From contig NC_042999.1 of assembly GCF_006345805.1 (NCBI RefSeq), positions 104,904,001-104,968,000 on the forward strand: a DNA stretch of 64,000 nucleotides. The letters are read 5' to 3'. Of this stretch, positions 53,813 through 64,000 are shown piece after piece. Position 1 is the first letter of the stretch; every line of letters begins with the position of its first letter. Source of the DNA: Octopus sinensis (Eukaryota). The notes beneath the pieces are model-generated. The model searched no databases. It was not told where the DNA came from and saw only the letters and a program-made list of their open reading frames with translations. Both the position numbers and the translations under genes were made by a program.

Positions 53813-54567
53813 TTGGCAAAAAGCAGAATATCTGGAGATGCCGCAGTCTCAGCGCATGTCTGCACATCATTAGCCACGGCATGCCCAGCCCTCCGTGTAG
53901 AGTATGTTGACAGCAGAAGACCGCTTCAGAGATGTAATCTGTCCCCTCCACAGGAATTTGTAGAGGAGGTGCTCTAACTTGGTGAGGCACGATCGGGGAC
54001 AAGACACGACGGTCGAGCGGTAGTAGATGACAGGCGCGATGTACGCATTCGCCACCTCCGCTCGATCTTTCAGTGATAAATTCCTCCAAGTCCATTTCTC
54101 AGTGAGACTGGCTACCTTGCTCGTCACCTCGTCCCAGTTCTTAAACAAGTGGAGGTCTGGTCTGAACCAGACCCCAACCAAATTTACCGTTCAGTCCGTC
54201 CAGCGTTCAACGACGCTGTTCGACGACATGGACTTGCCTCTCCAGATGGCGAACTGAAAGCCTACTGACTTTTCCGGGTTAAGTTTTGCTCCCGTCAATT
54301 TTCATATTCCTTCAATTATGTGCCGACCACCTTGATTTATGAGGTGTCCGACATCACAGTGATGTTGTGGTCCGCATACGCCAACACAGGTCTCCCGCGT
54401 CCTGGTTTGAGTGGAATGCCATGCAGCAGCTCCAGCTTCCGCAGTAAAGGCTCAAGAGTCAATGCATACAGAAGGGAGGAGAGCGGGCACACTTGACAGA
54501 CTGATCGGGAGGTGGCCATTAATTTTGACCACCGAGCAGATACCGCTGTACAATGCAGCAATCTAAA
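53813..54567 (-). mobile_element. Internal RT fragment of a second, diverged Tx1-like family
   Basis: IAALYSGI.SVVKING; CPLSSLLYALTLEPLLRKL; YADH; GVWFRPDL..KNWDEV..LSLKDRAEVAN; GGLGMPWLMM. Homologous to ORF2 at about 24930-25700. Confidence 0.85.
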
Positions 54568-54824
54568 CATTAGGCACAAAGAATAATCTCTAATTAGAGC
54601 CTACTCTAAGCTACTAAGAATGCGTGTGACAACTTGAAGATCCACCCACCACGCACGAAATCTACGTTGTTATCCTCATTCCGTAAACGGTGGCTTTTAA
54701 CGGGTGGAGAACTCAATCATCCTGGGGTACAGAACATTCACAATCTAGACTCAGGTCTGAAAGTTTACCACACGATAGTAGGTTACACCATGGTTCCTCT
54801 GATTGGGGCAGAAGTAGAAAGAAA

Positions 54825-54972
54825 GAGGGAGAGAAAGTTGTGGTGAAAGAGTACAGTCGGGGATCGTGGTGTTTTTGCTCAATAACCACTCACAATGCCC
54901 GGTGTGGGAATCAAACCGCGTTCTTACGATCGCAAGTCCGCTGCCCTAACCACTGAGCCATTACACCTCCAC
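54825..54972 (-). mobile_element. tRNA-derived SINE family 3 (head and part of body)
   Basis: Minus-strand head GGAGGTGTAATGGCTCAGTGGTTAGGGCAGCGGACTTGCGATCG..GGTTTGATTCCC with A- and B-box-like motifs. Confidence 0.65.
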
Positions 54973-55052
54973 TACTGCTACTGTTACCGTTGTTGTTGTC
55001 GTTCTTATCGATGTTGCTATTGTTGTTATTGTTGTTGCTATCGTTACAGTCA

Positions 55053-55326
55053 CCTCGTCGGAATTTGAACTCAGAACGTAGCGGCAGACGAAATACCTAT
55101 TTGTTTACTACCCACAAGGGGCTAAACACAGAGGGAACAAACAAGGACAGACAAACGGATTAAGTCGATTACATCGACCCCAGTGCGTAACTGGTACTTA
55201 ATTTATCGACCCCGAATGGATGAAAGGCAAAGTCGACCTCGGCGGAATTTGAACTCAGAACGTAACGACAGACAAAATACGGCTACGCATTTCGCCTGGC
55301 ATGCTAACGTTTCTGCCAGCTCGCCC
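55053..55326 (-). mobile_element. tRNA-derived SINE family 2 whose tail restarts the B-box segment (184-bp period)
   Basis: Head GGCGAGCTGGCAGAAACGTTAGC..GTTCTGAGTTCAAATTCCGCCGAGG; CCTCG.CGGAATTTGAACTCAGAACGTA occurs at 55053 and 55237. Confidence 0.8.
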
Positions 55327-55329
55327 CTT

Positions 55330-55362
55330 ATCATCATCATCATCAACAACAACAACAACAAC

Positions 55363-55417
<55 letters not shown>

Positions 55418-55485
55418 TAATAATAATAATAATAATGATAATAATAATGATAATAATATTAATAATGATAATAATAATAATAATA

Positions 55486-55542
<57 letters not shown>

Positions 55543-55600
55543 TAATAATAATAATAATATTCACAATAATAATGATGATTATGATGATAATCATGAGAAT
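55330..55600. repeat. (CAT)/(CAA)/(AAT)n microsatellite
   Basis: Seen directly. Confidence 0.95.
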
Positions 55601-55889
55601 AAAAGCAGTAGCTTATCATTAAACTATAACATTTGCACGCAGCATATCAGGTTACCGTCCTTTTTGACACCCAATACAGAATTAACATAAGAGAAAAAAA
55701 TGTAAGCATAATCGTTCATTATAATATATTTCATCTGTACATCTAAAGCAAAAGGATTGTATACACGCTCCTCTCACACATACATACGCACAAAAAAAAA
55801 AATAGGAAAAGTGAGAGGGAATGAAGTTGTGAAAACTGAGAGAAACACACAAACACACACAGTGACAAATTGAGAAAGAAATGACTTCA

Positions 55890-55924
<35 letters not shown>

Positions 55925-56152
55925 TATATATATAAGTATGTATATATGTATATATATATGTATACATATTATAAGGAAAGGAAGAAACAAGAATATTATT
56001 ACTAAAAGTTAGTCTCGCTGAAAGAAAGCAGGATGAGAACATGAAAGAAAAATTTAAGATATTGAATAACATCGAGAAAAATGCAAATGATGAAGAACGG
56101 AGAAATACACACACAGACACACAGACACACGCACACATGTGAGTGCATATCT

Positions 56153-56184
<32 letters not shown>

Positions 56185-56191
56185 CTATCCA

Positions 56192-56252
<61 letters not shown>

Positions 56253-56948
56253 ATGCATTCATATACATGCATACATTCATACAAACATGCATTCGGACAT
56301 ACATATAATATATTCCTACACATATACAGATACACGCAGACTCAGACACACATGCATATATGTATGTAGGGAAGAAAGATAAATTCGAACAAAGAAACGA
56401 AGAATTTTAGAAAATAAATGTAAGTAGAAAAAGAAACCTGGAAAAAAGTGAAGAAAATACAGATGAAGAAAGCATCTATGAGTGAATAAAAGAATACCGG
56501 GAAGCTGATATGAAATGTAAGAAAAAATGTTCAACCTTTGATAGTTTTTAGCATCCTTTATCTCAGACACATTTAATATTCTAATATTTAGCTATAGGCT
56601 GATAACTAACAATTTCTAAGGCTAAACTTTCATAAACCATGCAGTGAATAGAATATTCAATATATAATCTCAATGCTAAGATTCCAATAGATCATTCAAT
56701 ATGATAGCGAATTTCGGTTGATCTTTTGATTACGTATGTAAGTACTTCACACAAGCAGTTACATACATACATAGATACAAATAAACACGCACGAAAAATA
56801 CACATACTTCAAACACAAAATTTAAATACACATATTGTATACACACTCACACACATACGCACAGACACACAAACACGCAGACTGGCGTATAGAGGATTAA
56901 TAACATTTTCAGCATGTATTTTCTTTTCTAAAGAATATATATGTATGC

Positions 56949-57025
<77 letters not shown>

Positions 57026-57532
57026 GAATTTCAGGAAAATCAAAAGTGAAAGAATAAAATATTCTGTAATTTAAAGCCTATCTAGATAAATTTTTTTCTT
57101 TTTTTTTGTCGGATTTTCAAAAAAGTAGCTTTAGCATTTTTTTTTATGCAATGCTGTTTTATTTCATGCTAGAAAACTTCAGAATTATCCGAGGATTATA
57201 TAGTTCAAATATTACCGTGGCTAAAATTATTATTACTTTGCAAAAATGGTTCGACATCAAACCGAAATATGAACTTTACAATATATAATTATGTCACTTT
57301 ATATTTCGAACACGATTTCTGCAGCAACACCCCAAAGTCAGCCTTGCTCATAAAAGTACACTATATACAATAAATATGAATACCAGTAATCTATTTGGAG
57401 ATATATTGGTTTGTTTTATACACTCGTGTGAAAAAGTAGCTATTGCACCATGTTGAAACAAGATTTTACTGTGTTGTATTTACTGCTAGAATGTTATTTA
57501 TATTGCTATTTTTAAAGTTTTTATTAATAACG

Positions 57533-57735
57533 GTTTCCAATTTTGGCACATGGCCGGCAATTGTGTGGGAGGGAGCAAGCCGATGACATCGATCCCGGTT
57601 TTCAACTGGCACTTATTTTATCGACCTCGAAAGCGCGAAAGTCAAAGTCGACCTTGACGGATTTTGAACTCAGAACGTAAAGACGGAGGAAAAACCGTTA
57701 AGCATTTTGCCCGACGTTCTAACGATTCTGCTTAC
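57533..57735 (-). mobile_element. SINE family 2, older copy
   Basis: TTTTATCGACCTCGAAAG..AAAGTCGACCTTGACGGATTTTGAACTCAGAACGTA. Confidence 0.7.
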
Positions 57736-58214
57736 TGCTACACTAAGTATTTCTTAACATTATTAAATGTTAAAGTCATGACTAATACAAACATATAATT
57801 ATAGATTTCTACTTTTTACTAGTTAAACCCATTTAGTGTATTTGGTAAGTGGATTATTCACAGTAAGACAATTTCAGTTGTCCTCCCGGAAAAGAATATT
57901 TGAGGGAAGTTCATCTTGTCAAAGAGCATCTGAATTGGAGTACTGTTAGAAAGTAGTTAGGAATGTAAGCTCACTTTCAAATATCATAGATTTTGCACGC
58001 ACACGCACACACACACGCACACACACGTGTATATCTGTATGTACATATCTGTGTGTAAATATATATATATGTGTGTGTGTGAGTGTGTGTGTGTGCGGGC
58101 GTGTGTGAACGCGTCTGTATAGGAAAATATATATACGTTATATATTATAATAATATATATACGCATTATATATTATTTCTTTGTTGTATGTAAGCTTAAA
58201 GCGTCGAACCAGAA

Positions 58215-58395
58215 GAATCGTTAGCACGTCAGGCAAAATGCCTAGCGGTATTTCGTCCGTCTTTATGTTATGAGTACAAATACCGTTGAGGTTGACTTTA
58301 TCGTTCAACCTGCTGGGTGTCAATAGAATAAGTACCAGTTGATCATTGAGGGTCGATGTAATCGACTTACCCCTCCCCTAAAATTGGAACCAAAA
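58215..58395 (+). mobile_element. SINE family 2, older copy
   Basis: GAATCGTTAGCACGTCAGGCAAAATGCCTAGCGGTATTTCG..GGTCGATGTAATCGACTTACCC. Confidence 0.7.
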
Positions 58396-59589
58396 TATTA
58401 TGTATTAATCTTCTACAGTTGGTTTGGAACAATATTCTTCCTAAGTCTATATCCGACGATTCTAGATCTTCGCATTTCATTATCAAGAATTGAACTGAAT
58501 ATATTTGGGTTTTGCTTTGTTTCTTATACACTGACTGGATTTGTATAGTATTTCCTGTGAAAAGTTGTTTTCATGGATAGCATCATGCATCAGTAAAGAT
58601 TTGATCTGTCTTTCAAAGTTAAATGTTGGTGTTGGGTTTCTGTGATTTTTAAATATTTTTTCTTTATGTCAGTAGCCATGTGTGTGTTTGAGTGTTAATT
58701 TTGCTATTGTGTTGGGATATGAGTATAGTTTCCATAATTAATTTTCTGTTTTTGTGTAACTTCTCATAAAGCATCTACTTTCCTCTGGTGCTTTTCTATA
58801 TGATACTTTCGTATCTGCTTTCGTGCAATAACATATCTGCACTTAGCTCGTGGGCTCAAATGTTTCTACTGCGTTATTGTTAAGAATGTTTTGGGGTTTT
58901 GTTTTCGAAGAATATTAGTTTCTCAGTTGCGTATACCAAACTTTTATTAAGCTTGGCGGTTATTAACAACACTAGCGAATGTTTTATACAGTGTTTTCTA
59001 CAAGCAAGGCGACGAATTCTCATCCAAGCATGTGGCTGACTGCGAGTACACATCTTCGGAAAAGCCTAAATATCTGGCGTTTTCGTTGTCCGCTGCTGAG
59101 GTAATCTTTCTTTTTTCTCTCGTCTCCATCCGATATTTATTGTGTTTGTAAAACAGTACGTCAATATAGTCTATTATCTCAGGATGAGTACCTCAGTATC
59201 TGCCCTAATAACGAAGCAGATGTGTTATTTCCTCTCGACTTTATACCATATTTTGTTCATATTCACAAATTTTGAAACTCGTTTGCATACGTTTTATATT
59301 ATGCATAAATGGACCCTGATGGCACGTAAAGCAAATAATAATTTTATTGTAATCACGATTTCTTGTAGTGGTTGTAGTGGTGAATGGTAGAGTTGAAAAT
59401 ATGATTTGCCTTATCTTCTTCAGTTATTTTTTTTTTCAGTTCAAATCACGCCATGATTAGCATCGTTTTTCTAGGTTTGATATCATATATTACCATTCTA
59501 GTGCTGGGGCTTGATTTAATCAACTTATACCATACCTCATAAATTTGTGATTTGTACGAAATAGTTGCTATTAATAAAATAGAATGCGG

Positions 59590-59780
59590 AAAACTGACAG
59601 GATCGATAGAACGTCGGGCAAATGCTGTGTAGAATTTCTTTCGTCTATTTAGGTTCTGAGTTCAAGTAATACAGAAGTCAACTATGCCTTTCATCATTCC
59701 ATGGTGATAAAATAAAGACAGTACGACTAACCTCACCCTGTCAAAACTGCTGACTTTGCCCCTAAATGAGCAACCACTAT
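59590..59780 (+). mobile_element. SINE family 2, very degenerate copy
   Basis: GGTTCTGAGTTCAAG..GTCAACTATGCCTTTCATC. Confidence 0.5.
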
Positions 59781-60408
59781 TAGCGTAGTAGAATGGGGGA
59801 ATCGTGAAAGCATGTGGAAAATTTCCTGCAGCATTTGTTTCAACTATTTAAGCTCAAGAGTTGAAATCCCACTGAGATTAACTTTGTGATTTAAAACAAA
59901 TCATAAAATGTAAAATCTATATATTAGACTGCTTCCCACTTCCAAATTCCGTGCCTCTTGGAAAACTGGATATTGGATTAACTTGCAACAAAATTATGCA
60001 AATAATAAGTCATATATACATATATGACAGAAAAGAAATGTGGAAGTCACAGAAAGTTTGTATGATAAAATTTATGGTGATATTAGGATCATATTACATC
60101 TTTACATCATTACAAAGTAAATATGAACCGGTTTCACGATCATGCGATTGTCAACTTATATAGCAAAAACTTTTTGCTTTCAATAGGACGCCATCTTTGA
60201 AAAGAAGTGAACAGAGATGGCAAGGGGAGCAACTCTTATTTCTTAATGAAGCTCTCCAGTGTTTTTGGCAAGCATACAGTTACAGGAGTCATTTCATTTT
60301 ATTCACAGTTAATTATATTACCGTTGTACGTTTTAAAGATTAATCAGTAATGTCTGAATGAGTGCATATGCATGTATTTTATACGCTAACATCCCATTTT
60401 CTCTCTTG

Positions 60409-60473
<65 letters not shown>

Positions 60474-60699
60474 GTATAAGTATGAACAGAAAATCATACC
60501 AAAAGATTTTGGTTGAGCATGCATATATAACTCTTTTGTATATGTTAAATTCTATAATTGAATAAAATAAATCAGTCCAATAGAAAATGAACGATAAAGC
60601 AATTGCCAAGATATGAATACTTTCGCCATAAGAGTCATATCTGACCTCTCATGGCTTAGGTTTGAATATGAATGGGTGTCCAGGAGTCAAGTAATTTAG

Positions 60700-60905
60700 T
60701 GACAATTTATTGTGTAGAAGTCCACTCAGCAAATTTATATATAGAGAAAATAATGAACTTAGGTTGTAATTGTTTCGTACATACGTCGATATGTTCACTG
60801 AGATAAATTTGGCTGTAATGTGGTGAGGTTATCTGTTGACTGTGCAACGTACAATGTTGGCGGATAAAATTCCCCGTGCTACCGATATAGTCATTCTGGC
60901 AGCCC
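60700..60905 (-). mobile_element. Penelope-like GIY-YIG fragment
   Basis: GCQNDYIGSTGNFIRQ..LHSQQI..LSEHIDVCTKQLQPKFIIFSIYK. Confidence 0.7.
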
Positions 60906-63439
60906 AACCATCTGATTACGTAGATCAGATTTTCTATTCTTCACTGTATATATACATATATACAACTCTTTTATTCTCATATCTGTCTACATATGCTATA
61001 ATGTATATGAGGTGATGAATGTTATTGTTTGAATATGTGTGTGTGTAGATATGTGTATGTGCCTATGTGTACTTGCGAACTGTATACAAAATATTCAGGA
61101 AAACGGAGCAGAAAAGCATCGTGCCAGAATCTGAAAAATCATAATTACTCGCATGTCAACAGTTCCATTGAACGGACAATATAAATTGATTAATTTATAT
61201 TGGCCGTTAAATTAATTAATGAATTAATGAAGTAAACTAGTTAATTAATTATAAACGATTATTTGTTATCTCAGAGGAATCTGACGGCAAAGATAAGGTT
61301 TAAAATATTAGTTATCTTTATAAATTAGGCTACATTCATTAAACTTTACTTTAATGCCACTGTTTGGTTACATTTGTCTTAAATTTTGGTTTACACTGTT
61401 TTTTGATGGACATGAAAATATTTGTGCGTTAGAAAACCGTTTGATAGTATCTTTAAAGCATCAGTATACTAGTCCTTTACGTTCTATGTCTAACTTCGCC
61501 TACAGTCGATTTCACTTCGCATCAACCATCGTGAGTCGATAGAATTGATTTCTTTCTTTCATTAGTTCTGTCAGAACCTGAGGCATATCTTTGCCTGGCT
61601 ATTGTCATTCAGATCAAGAGGATAGCCTTGTTAGACCCAAGCAAGCATAAAGAAAATTGAATTAGATGCTAGAATTGTCATAAAACTTAGTTTGTAATAT
61701 AAGCTCTCAAAAAACACCTTGCAGCAGTGAGTTCGATGCGGATAGACCAATGCGAATATAGCAAGGGCCAGACTTAGGTGATTGTTTAAAGGAGCATAAT
61801 TATGTGACCTTGAATTTTGCTTTTATAATTCTTATTTTCAATAATCGGCATACAAACTGACCCAGGGGCCTCTATAAAGAATAGTAGATCCAATAAAATT
61901 GTAAACGAAATATCTTTTCCAATTGTAAGATACCTTCTAATCCTAAGTATACAAGTATACAATATCTAAATAAACGCTGGAGTAGACTCAGCTGGAGTGT
62001 TGTATGCCTTCATTGTCAAGAAGAGCGTACTTGTAAATAATATCTTAACGGCAACAAAGGTATTACTAATGCGCAAATATACTATTGAAACCTCTATACA
62101 TTTCTCTGACTTGCTAGATATAACAGCCATATGTATTTGCAATCATACTTTACCATCTTACACGAGATACATTATATTCGAAAAGAAGGGATGCCATAGT
62201 CACAGCTGCCACTTTTAATTACAGGTTTGTTTGATCAAGAATGATCTGAACTTGAGCAACAAAAACAACAAGAGTTGCAACAAGAACAACCAACAACATC
62301 ATTGAAATTATAAACTGCCATAATTGAAAAAAAAGACCCAGAAAACATTTCAATAAAAGCTAGGAATTAGAATTGCGAATCACCGCATTTTATAACATTG
62401 TGAAAACTGCACAAATGTCTCTTTAGAAGACTAGAATCTGTTTACTCCCGATTAACCGTCGGTTTTCTATTAAAACCCAAGTATATTCGGTAATGTGATA
62501 CTGCTTCAACATCTGGAAAAAAGGGAAAGCCATAAATACCCGTTTGTGTATAAATACATTACTGTATTGCATATTTAGTAGGTCATAGCATATCGTTAGA
62601 GCTACAATCATTGACGTCCTGCAACATCTATTTGCATTACCATTCAAAGACTTGAAAAGTTAACTCCATATATATTCTGTTGCGTCTCTAATCGGTTTGT
62701 TCTTCAAATGCTGTCTGGCTTTACTTCCATTTGCACTTCCTTTTTGTTAGCATATTTGTATTTTCACTGCAATGCTCGTATATCTTCCTTTCACTGTCAA
62801 GCCAATTTTATTTCTTTCGCTTTTCCATTTGTTTAAAAATTTATAAAAGAAAACGTTTATTTCTCAAAATTTATAATGTATAAAATTTTATAAATTTTAA
62901 AAAGAATTTTCCAGTTTGTTGTTCAGTGAATAAGTTTTCGTGAAAGCTAATCCATCATCTTTAATGAGATAACTGTGTTACCTTCACTCTTTTCTCTTAT
63001 CTTAGATATCAGTAAAATCAGAGCGGACTGTTTATCTACTATGTCTCAAGAATCAGACGGCAATTCATTCTAAAGATCGAAAGTTATGAAAGCAAAGCAA
63101 TAATTCAATACTAAATTTCTCTGCACCTTAATATTTTCACTTTTCATGTAAACGACATTTACTTAAAGCAACCAAACTTTCCATTTGAATTCGGTTTAGT
63201 AATGAATGTTAAGATTACAAAAGTAGATTGGATAATAGAGTACTGTCTAAAGAACTCGTGTTTAAAAACATTCATTGATTTTATATAGAACTTTTTCTTT
63301 TATCATCAATGGAAAGCTCAGTCTAACCCAGTCTAACCCGGACCAGATAAAAAACCTGGATTTTTTTAGTGGGTCTGTATCAAAAAAAGTAAACCACAAG
63401 TTAATTAAAGAAAATAATTATATTTGTAGCGATAAGACC

Positions 63440-63507
63440 GTCGGGGGACTCCTGAGTGATGCTTCAGGGCTGCATGCGACCCCGGGAGCAGTAGGTGCGA
63501 ACCACTG
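63440..63507 (-). mobile_element. Possible hAT-type MITE terminus
   Basis: Minus strand CAGTGGTTCGCACCT..CCCGGGGTCGCATGCAGCCC resembles Charlie-type ends (from recall); partner end not seen. Confidence 0.3.
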
Positions 63508-64000
63508 GTGCCAAGAAATATACTTTTTATTGCTATGAATAGCGGCGTAACTGTACAACTGATTCCAATTCGAAATATGAACTCAACGATTCCAGTTTAT
63601 TAATAGTGCTATTTGATTGTGCTTGCATTGAATGTTATCCTCATTTAACAACCTGGATATAAACCATTCCTAAAAGACATTTGAAGCAGAACTGTATTTC
63701 GACACAATTTCGACGAGCTTTTAAAAGTTAAATTCCAACACACGGACTTTTCTCCCTACATCATCTTTAGGCAAAAATCTATGAATAAAACGAATACCAC
63801 AAACTTATCGCCCATCATCTGTCCTGTTGCAGTATTTCTGTCTCAAATCGAGTGTCATAATCTTATCATTTCACATCATATCAGTTAGTTGAGGAAGGAA
63901 GGTATGCTGAATTCTTTGAGCCCTAGAAATTACAGCCACAACTGCCCCAAGTCATTATGTCATCTGTAAAAGGACGAGATACCTTAGTTAATATTATTTT

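Noticed and set aside
63431-63495. GC-rich candidate exon (DKTVGGLLSDASGLHATPGAV)
   Set aside because: Better explained as a hAT-like terminus on the minus strand.

Overview
AT-rich, microsatellite-saturated eukaryotic non-coding DNA with no host gene I can support. The SINE families resemble ones I recall from Octopus (cephalopod origin is inference, not a database result). All recognisable coding sequence is transposon-derived and decayed. Main points: (1) One L1/Tx1-clade LINE family occurs seven times, all on the + strand: one full-length 5.7-kb copy (21225-26931) and six 5'-truncated copies. Every copy ends AATAAAGAAA(C/T/A)T and sits in TATC (GATA/Bkm) or TACC repeats, and four form a head-to-tail array, suggesting a tetranucleotide-targeting, self-stacking retroelement. 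(2) A ~295-bp foldback element (44242-44536) carries a minimal type I hammerhead ribozyme with a compensatory U3-A8 core. (3) A chimeric R4/Dong-like RLE LINE ends in (AAT)n. (4) Also present: Penelope-like GIY-YIG remnants, RTE fragments, Tc1/mariner remnants, three SINE families, and a ~400-bp higher-order repeat within a (CTAC)n tract. Coordinates were read by eye; boundaries of old elements are approximate.
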